Position numbers and translations under genes: made by a program. Below are positions 13,101-23,189 of a stretch of DNA of 64,000 nt, one piece after another (the stretch's first letter is position 1; each line of letters opens with the position of its first letter). The notes under the pieces are model-generated. The model was not told where the DNA came from, ran no database searches, and worked only from the letters and a program-made list of their open reading frames with translations. The DNA lies in assembly GCA_964188305.1 (NCBI GenBank), contig OZ076885.1. The stretch is one strand, 5' to 3'. Source of the stretch: Podarcis bocagei. Lineage: Eukaryota.

Positions 13101-16100
13101 AAACTCAAGGATCATCTTATCGTACCACAGACACATTGAAGACATCCACATATTTTTCTACAGTGCTGCCAGCAGCAACAGCACCAAAGCAGAGCACATC
13201 CCGGAAGTTTCTAAGCTTGGCATCTTCACACGAGTCTCCTGGCACATTCACCAGCAGGTGGGGATATTTAGCTGCAGAAAATAAAGATTACTTTTAAAAG
13301 CCAAAGGTGGAGGCCTTCCTACACTGAAAACATATTGGTTTGGGCATTTGCATCACTGTGTCAAATATCTAAACTGAAGCAAAATCATCCAGTGACCAGT
13401 AATCTGCCTTTTGAACAGTTCTCAGGCCATGAACTTTATATTCAGGACAGAAACCCTCTAAATTATGGATCTTCAAGAACAAAACACATGGAAATGAGAC
13501 ACATCAAACTTCCTATAAACATGAAATGAAGCAGCATTTATCCTTGTGCCTTTGGAAGAGCATGGAGATTAAAATGGCTGCTCCATGGGGCCTTTTGGAG
13601 CCTGGAATATCTATACTATATTTCATAACAATTGTACTCTTCCTTGAATGGATAGCTTAGGTATCTAAAAATGTAGCAGATACTATGATGATTTCTAGCA
13701 GGCATTAGGTATAATTTTAGGCAGCTGCACATAAAATAAGAATATGCGGCAAAATCAGATAAATTGCAAGTGGGGAAAGTGAGTGAGAGAACAGGTGAAA
13801 AATGAGGTTCAAATTAGAGATGTTCTCAGCAAAGAGGAACATCTGAGAGCTAAGACCCTTTGCAAAACAGCAGATGGGACCCTCTATTACAGGACTCCTT
13901 TAAGCTCATGGGGTTTCAGTGTTGCAGGTGAACCCATAGGCAAGAACACAGATACCCATAAAACCTAATGTTATGGCCTTCATTGTGTGCCCTTTTGCTT
14001 TAGAGCTGAAAAGTCCTCACCAACAGCTTTCAGCTGGATGGCCTTTTGCTCCGGAGTATCTCCAAAACTGCATATTGCTGATATGTTGTGCACTTGAGCC
14101 ATCTCAGGTTGAAATATCACTTTAATTGTGCACTCTTCACCTGGATCCAACATGCCACGAGAAGGAAGAATGCAGAAAGAAGGTGGCACCTCCCAACTAA
14201 AGCATGTCAGTAGTTCTCTAGAAGAAACACACACTGTAAACCGGGGATGGGGAACCCCAAATGTGGCCCTCATGGCCTCTCTGCCTGGCCCTCAGGACTT
14301 TCCCCAGGCAATACGACCTCCAGAGCTGCACCTCTCACGGGCCCCACATTGCACCCTCCTTGAATGTTTTTGCCTGACTCGAGTACATTCATGAACTACA
14401 ACAGTGATTCTTGCCTGCCTAGGTGGAGGATAGAGAAGGACATTTGGGGGTGAAGAAACTAGCCTGCTGTACAAAGATAAAATTTCTATTTAGTGCTCTG
14501 CCTACTTTCGCTATAGGCTCTGCCCACCACCAGCATGTGGCCCTCAGGAGGTAATGTGGCCCTCAGGCTGAACAAGCTTCCCCACCCCTGCTGTAAACCA
14601 AAGGCTTTAGAGCAAAATAGCTTTTCTTGACATCTCATTTGACAGTGTCTTTCCACAATATCCCAAACAGATGTCCTTTGGAAAACTTAGGGTCACTCTG
14701 TGTCTTAGCAGTATTATATGGAAAGACATGATAGCAATCTCCAATGGCAATCATAGCAGGAATGGGTCAGCTGTATGGATCCCATCCTAATCCAGTGAGT
14801 AAACAGCTTTCAAGGCTACAGACAACCGCACTTACCCATCATTGTACATGGTAAAGGAGGCCTCTGTAGAGTCATAGACAGCACATGAAGGAAGCTGGAT
14901 ACTCTCTTGGAAAAGCAAATCAAGGTGCGGTAGCTTGGCTACCAGAGCAACAGAAAACTCTCCTTCTGTCTTTTCAAAAAGAATGCTGTCTTCATACTCT
15001 TTCTGCATACGAAGTGGAGAGAGAAGATGCTCATCTGGCTGAACTCCACGCCAAGTGCAAAGAACAGGCAGGCAACTTCTACATACACAGAGCAGGAATT
15101 ACACATTCATGCATTCCAAGAGATAATAAAAGGATTGACAGCATGAGCAGCTGTGCTATGCTGTGATTAGGTCCATTTAGTTCAATTATTTCTGTCCCAC
15201 ATTTCACTTATTTTTTTCTGAACAGCTTACGTGACAATATGTGATGCAAAAAGCATATGCATACAGCAGCATTAAAAACCAGCAGAAAAAATAAAACCAA
15301 TACAAACAGCAGACTCTGTCATAAAATACCACGCAGATTTAAAATATATTCAAATACCATCTACAAATGGTAGACAGAGGGCCAATCAGACTTCCCAGAG
15401 AAGGGAATCTACAGCTGTGGTGTAACCTCTACAAAAAGAAGTCCTGTTCCTTGTACCCTCCAATCAGATCTTAGCTAATGATGGGCCCTAGAGCCAATAT
15501 TAAGACTCAGGCAGGATTACATAAGATGCAGACTACCTTTACGATAATCTGCTCCTGGGCCAAATTGAGCCGGAAAACAAAAAAAATCCCCCATAGGCAG
15601 TGGCAGAGGAACCCTCTCCGGCGCCCAGGGTGGGACCCCAAGGGGCAGGGCAGGATGCTCAGTGGCACATGTGCAACGTCCGTACAGACTGCACATGCAC
15701 AGCAGCCCATGCAGAGACCCGTATGGATGGCCCGCGCAAGCTGCAGCCCGTATGGACACCGTGCACGAGCTGCGCCCATACTGACTCCTCTGCCACTTTA
15801 CAGCTGGGGGGAGGCAGCGGGCCATCTTGTCACACACACCCCATATGGCACCCAGGATGGCTCCCCCCACACATACTTTGTACGCCCCTGCCCATAGCTC
15901 ATTAACTGCAATATTTTGCCACTTTGCTGAAAAGAATATTGTGAAGTTGGTGCAAATGAAAGGTGAACATAACAGTTTTGTAAATGTCAAGGGCATATGA
16001 TATTGCACTATTACCAACAGATCAGTATTTTTACTGTGTTCAAATTCTGCCCTGCTTCCCCCAGATTTGAATGCCTTTCTGTTACTGGAGCGGGAATGGC

Positions 16101-16862
16101 AAATCAAATCAGAATTCATACATTTGTGACACCAAACAATTAACAAGTTTGGGCTGAAACAGGAGGTAAACAGGGCGGTATATTGTCTCAATCTTCACAT
16201 AGGCTTGTAAGTTCAATTGTCATCAACTTTCCTTGCCGGCCATGTTAGAAGAGGACACAGAGAGAACGCTGCTCTGATAGATGGGTGCTTTTGGAAGAGA
16301 GGTATGATATCCCTGAACTGCTTTACCTTTTCCAAAGGGCAGAAGATGATGGGCAAAGTTATGGACATCCCAGGACTCAGAATAATTGGCTGTGGGAAAA
16401 CAGTATTGAAGAAACGAGTTGTAGGAGGCCTGGAAACAAATCAGAACAAAGTGACCATGGAAAGTGGAGATGGAGGTGATACAAAACAGAACAAAAAGCA
16501 TGACTATGAATATTTAAGAACATTTTGTATGCTCTTTTGTATGAAACATTGTGAAAAAGTCAAAACAAATTTTGCACTGTCAGATTTAAAGATACTTAAT
16601 ATGCAGGGGAAAATACTTCAAAGAGAATAGTAATAAAAATGTTAAAATTCATCACCAAATAAAGACTTGCCTATTTGCCCTGGAATTTTTAGTGTTGCAT
16701 TGTAATAACTGTAGTAGGCAGCCAGTGCTGTGGTTTCAGCAGTTTTTATTATTAAGGTAGTTTTATTATTTATGGTTGTTTTTATGGAATTTAATGGAAT
16801 CTATCTTATATCCCAGTCTCAGCTGGGGAGGGCAGGATACAAATAAAAGTTTATTATTATTA

Positions 16863-16922
<60 letters not shown>

Positions 16923-18062
16923 TCCGGCCCTGGGAGCCACTGAAATGAAGGGTGGGTTATAAGCATTTTAAATACATACATACATAAATACTAAAATTAT
17001 GGTAAAAACCAGAATTGTTGAAAAAGTACACAATACACCCATCAAATAATGTGAAAAACCTAACAAACCATGCAATCTGTGAGAAGTTGCCAGTAGATAA
17101 AATATATTATGGTGGCAACCCTATGCATATTTACTTGGGTGAAGTCCCACTGAAATCACTGGGACCTACTTCTAAATAATCATGTCTAGAATCAGGATGC
17201 AGTTGAGTAGGGTTTGCAGTGACCATCCAACATGTACACATTTGCGCAATGTGAAATATCAGCAAAGTTTTACTCAACAGAATAGGGTTGAGTGGCGAGT
17301 AGTAAATGACTACTACTGCAGTAGAAAGGAAATGCAAGGCAGAGAAATGGCAGCTCCTTTCGCCTTCTACATGGCTTACACACCTGAACTTCAACTTCTG
17401 GGGTTTCAAACACACATTTCTCAAAATGAGATGTTTTGTGAATTCTTTTCCTAGACACCATCCTTGCCAGGTGAGACTATCAGGTACTTCAATACCCCAG
17501 AAAATATTCTTGGTTTTTCTTGCAGTGAAGAATGAAGGCTTCTTCCGCACAGACACCACCAGCTTCTAAAGAAACAAAGAAAAACAAGTTGCCATGCTGC
17601 TCATTACTTCATCAGAAAGTATCCACTTGAGCCCAAAAATTTAACAGGAGAAACTATGCCAGATGAGCGCCGCAAACCCAGAGTCGTCCGCAACTGGACT
17701 CAACGGTCAGGGGTCCCTTTACCTTACACTGGAACAGATAAGAAAACATTGTTTTGAAAATCCTACCCAGCTGCATAGAAAGTTGAGGTAATTTTAATCT
17801 GTTTTAGTATTTTAACTTTTGTATGCTTAAGAGTAAGGTTGTGAATGTTTCTTGGTTTGTTTTATCTTTTTTGTAAACTGCTTTGATGTGTTTTACAGAG
17901 TATAAATTTTATTAAATAAATGAATAAAATGTCAGTTCAGTGGAAATTACTCACAATTTAAAACTATATAGCACAAAGATTACTCACCTGCTTGGTACCA
18001 CCACCACCGAGTCTCTGAAGGGGGTCTGAGTTGGCTGTGTATCTGTTCATATGAGTCAGCAT
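101..18062 (-). CDS. CFAP65: Cilia- and flagella-associated protein 65 (CCDC108), 5' portion: 16 coding exons, ~995 aa; gene continues beyond window start
   Basis: All exons have GT-AG boundaries with compatible phases (sum 2986 nt). Peptides [49 protein letters not shown] and [12 protein letters not shown] match recalled vertebrate CFAP65 in order. Confidence 0.96.
328..493 (-). CDS. CFAP65: CFAP65 coding exon 15 ([14 protein letters not shown]...SDSL)
   Basis: ctgcag acceptor / gtattt donor; 166 nt, phase 0-1. Confidence 0.9.
1063..1452 (-). mobile_element. 5'-truncated Rex1/Babar-type LINE 3' end with (TAT)n tail
   Basis: Peptide [10 protein letters not shown]...[20 protein letters not shown]...TSRLKNSF is the Rex-Babar RT C-terminus; the trinucleotide tail is at 1063-1109. 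Confidence 0.8.
1873..2031 (-). CDS. CFAP65: CFAP65 coding exon 14 ([14 protein letters not shown]...QGTLT)
   Basis: tttcag / gtaagt; 159 nt, phase 0-0. Confidence 0.92.
2332..2556 (-). CDS. CFAP65: CFAP65 coding exon 13 ([11 protein letters not shown]...PNEAL)
   Basis: cctcag / gtgagt; 225 nt, phase 0-0. Confidence 0.92.
3110..3285 (-). mobile_element. Degenerate squamate tRNA-derived SINE (related copy ~32480-32670)
   Basis: acataggaagctgccttata...gggattgaac...tgcatgcaaa...ctgagc pattern, with a reverse B-box GTTCAATCC. Confidence 0.55.
4603..4848 (-). CDS. CFAP65: CFAP65 coding exon 12 ([14 protein letters not shown]...PSFTQ)
   Basis: ttctag / gtaggg; 246 nt, phase 0-0. Confidence 0.92.
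6276..6413 (-). CDS. CFAP65: CFAP65 coding exon 11 ([10 protein letters not shown]...LDCHK)
   Basis: tggcag / gtgaga; 138 nt, phase 0-0. Confidence 0.92.
7089..7451 (-). CDS. CFAP65: CFAP65 coding exon 10 ([10 protein letters not shown]...GFAFYK)
   Basis: ttttag / gtgagt; 363 nt, phase 0-0. Confidence 0.93.
7692..7892 (-). CDS. CFAP65: CFAP65 coding exon 9 ([13 protein letters not shown]...TLPPE)
   Basis: tttcag / gtacag; 201 nt, phase 0-0. Confidence 0.93.
9117..9382 (-). CDS. CFAP65: CFAP65 coding exon 8 (GPEVSFQHP...CLVHHQ)
   Basis: ttccag / gtaaga; 266 nt, phase 1-0. Confidence 0.93.
9945..10167 (-). CDS. CFAP65: CFAP65 coding exon 7 (VSAPFRIE...VTGSCK)
   Basis: cggcag / gtacaa; 223 nt, phase 0-1. 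Confidence 0.92.
10776..12995 (+). mobile_element. 5'-truncated L1 (ORF2 RT end to CCHC knuckle, 3' UTR, A-tail); chimeric 5' segment
   Basis: ORF 11073-12326 has [26 protein letters not shown] and [16 protein letters not shown]; after a stop/frameshift, YAATAAR..AKNWK; G-rich 3' UTR; antisense in a CFAP65 intron. Confidence 0.92.
13126..13271 (-). CDS. CFAP65: CFAP65 coding exon 6 ([12 protein letters not shown]...VFNVSV)
   Basis: ctgcag / gtacga; 146 nt, phase 1-0; not in the ORF track, translated by hand. Confidence 0.9.
14021..14217 (-). CDS. CFAP65: CFAP65 coding exon 5 ([12 protein letters not shown]...IQLKAV)
   Basis: ttctag / gtgagg; 197 nt, phase 2-1. Confidence 0.92.
14836..15002 (-). 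CDS. CFAP65: CFAP65 coding exon 4 ([14 protein letters not shown]...TMYNDG)
   Basis: atgcag / gtaagt; 167 nt, phase 0-2; hand-translated. Confidence 0.91.
16327..16429 (-). CDS. CFAP65: CFAP65 coding exon 3 ([20 protein letters not shown]...PLEK)
   Basis: ttccag / gtaaag; 103 nt, phase 2-0. Confidence 0.92.
16851..16921 (+). repeat. (TTA)n microsatellite, likely a LINE tail
   Basis: Direct inspection. Confidence 0.9.
17384..17565 (-). CDS. CFAP65: CFAP65 coding exon 2 (KLVVSVRKK...IFWGIEV...KLKFR)
   Basis: ctttag / gtgtgt; 182 nt, phase 0-2. Confidence 0.9.
17661..17727 (+). mobile_element. Sauria SINE 3' fragment
   Basis: gatgagcgccgcaa.cccagagtcg...ggtcaggggtccctttacctt(ac) tail. Confidence 0.75.
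17988..18062 (-). CDS. CFAP65: CFAP65 first coding exon (MLTHMNRY...GTKQ); exon spans 17988-18070
   Basis: ctctcag acceptor at 18071-72, ATG at 18062, gtgagt donor, phase 0 into the next exon. Confidence 0.7.
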
Positions 18063-18493
18063 CTTTGCACCTGAGAGAGCCAAAGAACATCTCAGTTGTT
18101 CAGAAAATCGTAGAACAGCAAAGCTGCTGGTGACAGGAGAAGGCTGTTCTCTAGGGTGAGAATCTGGCAATAATGGAATTATGGGACCGATTACTCTGTT
18201 CCACATAAATTGAAAACAAAACATTTAAAATAAGTAATCTCATGTTTCTGTTTGCATGGCTGTTGCCAGGTACTTTAAAAACTCATTCATATGCAAATTG
18301 GTGCCCTAAGTATTTTTTGTGTGTGTGCAAATTACGTCACTGAGCAAATAAAGATGCTGGCTGAGCTGGGGTCTCCCTGGCACTGTGCTTTGAAACATGC
18401 CCAGCATAACGCTTTTTGTTTTTTCCATGGGTACTCAGTGGTATGCAGTACCGGTACCTCTTTTTTGTTGTTAAAAAGTGTGGTACTTACTGT

Positions 18494-18906
18494 CAGTGGC
18501 GTAGCGTGGGGGGTGCCAGGGGTGCCGGCCGCACCGGGCGCAACATTTGGGGGGGCGCGTTTGGCCGGCCCTCCTCGAGGAAGCAGGAACCCCACTGTCC
18601 TCGGACCTCCTCCGAAGCCTGGCGGTGGGGCGGAGAGACCTTCTCCCCGCACCAGCCTTCGGAAGGCTGCTCCGAAGCCTGGCGGTGGGGCGGAGAGACC
18701 TTCTCCCCGCACCAGCCTTCGGAAGGATGGCTGTCCTGAAGACTTGTGATGGGAGCAGTGGCATAGGGTGGGGGGTGCAGGGGGGCCTGCTGCACCTGGC
18801 GCAACATCTGGGGGGCGCGGAAGAGACTCGAGTGCTAAAATCCACGGGTTGGGGGCGCAAATTACTTGCCTTGCCCTGGGTGCTGAGAACCCACGCTACG
18901 CCACTG
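18494..18906. mobile_element. hAT-type MITE, long form, with an internal 60-bp tandem duplication
   Basis: TIR CAGTGGCGTAGCGTGGG; perfect 8-bp TSD CTTACTGT (18486-93 / 18907-14). Confidence 0.9.
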
Positions 18907-19147
18907 CTTACTGTAACAGCTTCATGGTAAGTAACGGCAGGGCTCTCTTTCTAGAAAAACAGGTGCCCAAGAGCATGTGATTTTTCACATTTTTTTAAAA
19001 AAAGGGAGTGAAGGACAGGAGATCTGGAGCGCACCGTCGGTGCCACTAAGTGGAAGGAATATCCTGCTTTCGGTGAGCCCTGCTAAGAGGGCGGCGGGAG
19101 TGTGGAGTGTGGAGGTCGAGCGTCCTGGAGCGGGTCCCGGGTCCTAC

Positions 19148-19250
19148 CTAATCTTCTTCACCTTCCCACAGCTCAGGAGAGGGGAAATCCTAGAACAGGC
19201 GAAGAAGGCGCCAGAGGAAGATCAAAGCAGGCGAAGAACGCGAAACCGGC
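19148..19250 (-). other. CFAP65: Putative non-coding first exon (5' UTR) of CFAP65
   Basis: Lies in a CpG island directly downstream of the X-box and ends in an AG|GTAGGA donor. It has no ATG, and there is an in-frame TGA upstream of the ATG at 18062. The TSS is approximate. Confidence 0.55.
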
Positions 19251-19264
19251 GTTGCTACAGCAAC
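19251..19264. promoter_or_regulatory. RFX X-box GTTGCTACAGCAAC in the CFAP65 CpG-island promoter
   Basis: Palindromic X-box match (GTTGCT-AC-AGCAAC), adjacent to CGGAAATGGC (ETS/YY1-like); RFX factors drive ciliary genes. Confidence 0.8.
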
Positions 19265-20248
19265 GAGACGCGGAAATGGCCTCGCCGAGTAAGTAAGTAC
19301 GGCCGCCGTGGAGGGACATTCCTATTACAAAAGGGCGTTTGAGGGCCGTCCCGGGAAAACGAGACCAAGGTGTGCGCGTCGTGAATGAGGCAAGCTGGGT
19401 AGCAGCAGGTCCAGGAGGTTTAGTTAAAAAATAAGAAGGAAGGAAGGAGATCAGACTCCACCCGCTCCGCTCCCCGTACCTCATAACGAAGCTAGCCTGT
19501 AGAGAGAGCCCTCGAGCAAGAAGTGGCATTTCTCCTCCCCCCCAAAAAGTGGCTTCTTGTCCAAACCGCCGCCAACTTCAAGAGGGTTCTGTTCCGTGTA
19601 ACCCCAGCATTTATTAATTTTTGCCAGCTGCGGCTCATTGAACTAGATGCAGCTGTTCCTTAGCCTGATCCCGCTCAGGTGCTTGAAGAAGCGGGTGGGT
19701 GTGTCGCGGGCGGAGCGGGGAGATCTAATGATCTTCTAAAATGCTGTGGTCCTCCAGATGTTTTCACTCCCAACGCCCAGCAGCCCCAGCTAGTATGACT
19801 AATGGCCCAGAGAGAGACCATGGGAGTTGAAGTCCAGCAACATGTGAGGGGGCAAAGCTGGGGTAGATTAATGGTTTCTTCTTTTGGTGTAAGATTTTGC
19901 ATAGAGGTTTTGCATGGATGAAGGAATAGATACAAATAATGGGTTTAAATAGCAGTGTGACAGTGCATTTTTTTAAAAAAATGCTTCAAACTGAGAGCAA
20001 TAGTTTGATGTGGAACATATTTCCATAACCAGCCCTTTTTTCATATGATATTTAACCCCTAGATCTCACTCCCAGTGTTTGGTAGATTTTAAGTGATAAA
20101 GTGCATAAACAAAACATACAACGTACTCAATACCTTGTGTGTCTGATGCATAGTCATGAGGTTTTCAAATTCCATTTTTTCTCATACATGGCCATATTTT
20201 GTTACAAAACTATTGACTGTATTTATTATATGTAAATATTGGAAGATA

Positions 20249-20496
20249 CAGTGGTACCTCGGATTAAGTACTTAATTCGTTCCGGAGGTCCGTACTTAAC
20301 CTGAAACTGTTCTTAACCTGAAGCACCACTTTAGCTAATGGGGCCTCCAGCTGCTGCTGCTGCTGCGCCGCTGGAGCACGATTTCTGTTTTCATCCTGAA
20401 GCAAAGTTCTTAACCTGAAGCACTATTTCTGGGTTAGCGGAGTCTGTAACCTGAAGCATATGTAACCTGAAGCGTATGAAACCCGAGGTGCCACTG
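20249..20496. mobile_element. Tc1/mariner-pogo (Tigger-like) MITE
   Basis: TIR CAGTGGTACCTCGG / CCGAGGTGCCACTG, TA TSD, internal TTAACCTGAA repeats; second copy at 60231-60442. Confidence 0.85.
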
Positions 20497-20880
20497 TATA
20501 CTGGAAGTGCACACTGTGTGCAAGAGACAGTTTTGTGGGACACAGGGAATGCAAAGATGGGATGGGGAAGAGGGTTTATATACCAGTTTGATCTCTGGGT
20601 TGTAGTCAGCCGGGTCCTGCTCAGAATAAACCCACTGAAATTAATCAACCTGAGCTGGTCAAGTCCATTAATTTTAATAAGTCTACTCTGAGTAGGACTA
20701 ACATTAGATACAACCTTTTGGCTAATTAGATTCCCCCTCCTAAAAAATGTGGCAGCTGTGATCTTAGTCATTCATTGATCAATTCTAGATGTTTGCTGCA
20801 AAGCTGGGTGATAAAAATATTATCAGCTTTTGTTCACCTGACAAAAACTACATTGGGACAAAAGTCCTTTTTTTTTTTTA

Positions 20881-22696
20881 GGGACTTCCGGGTTGGCGCG
20901 ATCTGGAAATGGCGGATTCCCTCCGAGCTGCGGAGGGAATCGGCTCAACTGAGGACGGGTCTTGCCGCGCCGGCGACGCGGGGACCCTTAGAAACCGCAG
21001 GCGGTGAAGCCTGCGGACTGAAGACTCGGTGGGCGCCTTAAGCGCCCCCCCGACCCACGAAGAGCCTTTTTAAAGGCTGCGGAGAGGGTACGGAGGGTGG
21101 CGTGGCGCTGAGAGTCGATCGCTACCTCGGTTGAGCGGAGCCGCGAGCCATGACTGGAGAGCGCTGACTTCCTTCCTTGAAATTCGGACTGAAAAAGAAT
21201 AACCCGTGAGTAAGACGGAATTGGACTTTAAGAATATTTTCTTGTGAATTCGAGACGACCGGGGGGGGGTGCTAAAAGGAAGTCCGCACCCCCCCCTCTT
21301 GCAGACGATCTAAAGCAACGATAGAAGAACTAAGCTGGAGAGCCTACCCTTTGTGGGGTGAGTTAAAAAAGACATTAACTTCCAAGATTTGGCAAAAAGA
21401 AATTTTGAGCTGGAGTGAAAGAGTGGAATTTTAGAAGCTTCTTTTCTGTTGTATACAACCCCCCCTCCCGGGCCCGGGAGCGTCCTGTGTTTGAGCTTGG
21501 GGAAGAGGATTACGGAGTTTGACAGCTGTCAAAGCTGTCAAACAGACAGTTTAAAGTTGAAAAATTGTCATCTAAGATCCCTCTGGACTAAAAATTAGTT
21601 AAAATTGAACTAAAATTGTTGGAAACAAAGTAACAACAACAAGTCAGAGGATTATTGGAGAAAGATTATTAAGTAACCAGATTCCCTCTAGGGGGAACTC
21701 TGTGACATTACAATGGCTGTGGATGGAAAGTTACTAGTGGAAATTGAAAGAATGTTTCATTTGGTGGGAATCTTACAAGAGCAGAGTCTGGCTATGAATA
21801 AACAACTCATGACCTTGACTTCTGGAACAAGCAGCTCTGCTGAATGTATTGAGGATCTGAATGAGAAAGAATCTGCAGCTGAATCGGAAATGATAACTCA
21901 AGAAGTGGACGAGACTAAACAAGGAAAAGAGAAAGCAAAGATGGAAAGTACCAACCAGAAGCTTACACCAGTGGAATATAAGCAAGGAGACTTTTGGATT
22001 ACATTGACTACAAATCTGCGAAAGATGCAAAAGACGAAGGAGGAGGCCTCGGGAGTATATGGAATACAGGAACTCAAAATAAAGAAGAAATATGATTGGG
22101 GCCTCCACTCTGACTCTGAAGATGCATGGCCTGCGGAACTTTTGCAGCAGTTGTTTTCAAATGTCCTTGTGGGAAGAGAACCTGGTTTGATGGGGACAGA
22201 ACTCCTTCGAGATTCGACGACCAATATCAAGGACTACCAACAAGACCGGCGGAGAGGGACTGAAAGAGATTTGAAAGCCTCGGACGTGAGGAATCCAGGC
22301 TAAGAACTGTTATTTGGACATGTATTGGGGAAGGGACAAAAACCGGGGATGGGAGGGAGGGAAGAATAACTTTAAAAACACTCAGGACCTTTGGGTGTAG
22401 TTAATACGACTTTTATCTAAGACAAAATGGGAAATCGATGGAAGGGAATTTGAGTCCAACTTAGAAAAAATTTATTTCTTTTCTTTTTTTTATAAAAGAG
22501 GTAATATTAAGATGGTTAGAAATTTTAATTTGCTGACACAATTATGGGAATTGGGATGCATGAAGGGGGGTGGGGGGAAGTCAAGGAACAAGGTTAAGAA
22601 AGTAGGACTTTCTGAAATTATACATGTTATTGTCTTGTCCCTTCTCTGTGTGTTATGTCTTTATAAAAGGTGAAAAACCAATAAAAATTATTATAA
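20881..22696 (+). mobile_element. Full-length non-autonomous L1-derived (HAL1-like) retroelement with a single ORF
   Basis: Starts GGGACTTCCGG...AAATGGCG (L1-type 5' end), CpG-rich 5' UTR, ORF 21713-22303, G-rich 3' UTR, AATAAA and A-tail, TSD AAAAGTCC(T)nA at 20860-80 and 22697-711; no EN/RT. Confidence 0.75.
21713..22303 (+). CDS. 196-aa intact ORF of the HAL1-like element (coiled-coil-like N-terminus, ORF1p-like position)
   Basis: ACA-ATG-G Kozak context, uninterrupted, E/K-rich helical N-terminal half; GVYGIQE only faintly recalls the ORF1 RRM IxGxPE motif. Confidence 0.55.
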   Translation: MAVDGKLLVEIERMFHLVGILQEQSLAMNKQLMTLTSGTSSSAECIEDLNEKESAAESEMITQEVDETKQGKEKAKMESTNQKLTPVEYKQGDFWITLTTNLRKMQKTKEEASGVYGIQELKIKKKYDWGLHSDSEDAWPAELLQQLFSNVLVGREPGLMGTELLRDSTTNIKDYQQDRRRGTERDLKASDVRNPG

Positions 22697-22704
22697 AAAA
22701 GTCC

Positions 22705-23093
22705 TTTTTTAAATTTTATTTTTCAGTTTAACAACAATAATCATACATTAAAAAGATAGATACATACATATTTATTTTGACTCCCCTTCCCCCCTTCCCT
22801 GGTTTCTTATAAAAGATTTTTTAAAACTGCATCTCCCCCTTAACACCTTTAACTTTGTTACTCTCTGGATTTCTTTTAAATTAACCTTTTAACTGCTTTG
22901 TTTTTATATTAATCCTGCTAATGTGTTTAATTGTTCCTCAGTCTATATTAAAAGTTCTTTTTTGCCATTTCTGCATAGTCCACTAACTTTGCCTGCCATT
23001 CTTCCTTAGTTGGGACAGTATCTTCTTTCCATCCCTGCACTGTAGATAAAATTGTTTATGTATGCAATTTTTTTCTCATCTTTCGGTATCTCT
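22705..23093 (-). mobile_element. Older 5'-truncated L1 3' end (antisense)
   Basis: Minus strand encodes QGWKEDTVPTKEEWQAKLVDYAEMAK (L1 ORF2 C-terminus); degenerate TSD CA(T/G)TGGGACAAAAGT(C/T)C at 20851-67 and 23094-110. Confidence 0.75.
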
Positions 23094-23189
23094 CAGTGGG
23101 ACAAAAGTTCAATAGGTTTAAAAGCAAATAGCTGCCCACCCCATTCAAGATGTCCCTATGCCATTTGAAGGCAATAGATGGACTGTTCA

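Noticed and set aside
18609-18726. 60-bp repeats as a CRISPR-like array
   Set aside because: Two adjacent units without spacers, inside a TSD-flanked MITE in a vertebrate genome.
22280-22303. C-terminal DVRNPG* of the HAL1-like ORF as a 2A/StopGo peptide
   Set aside because: It does not fit D(V/I)ExNPGP spacing, and it ends in a stop rather than Pro.
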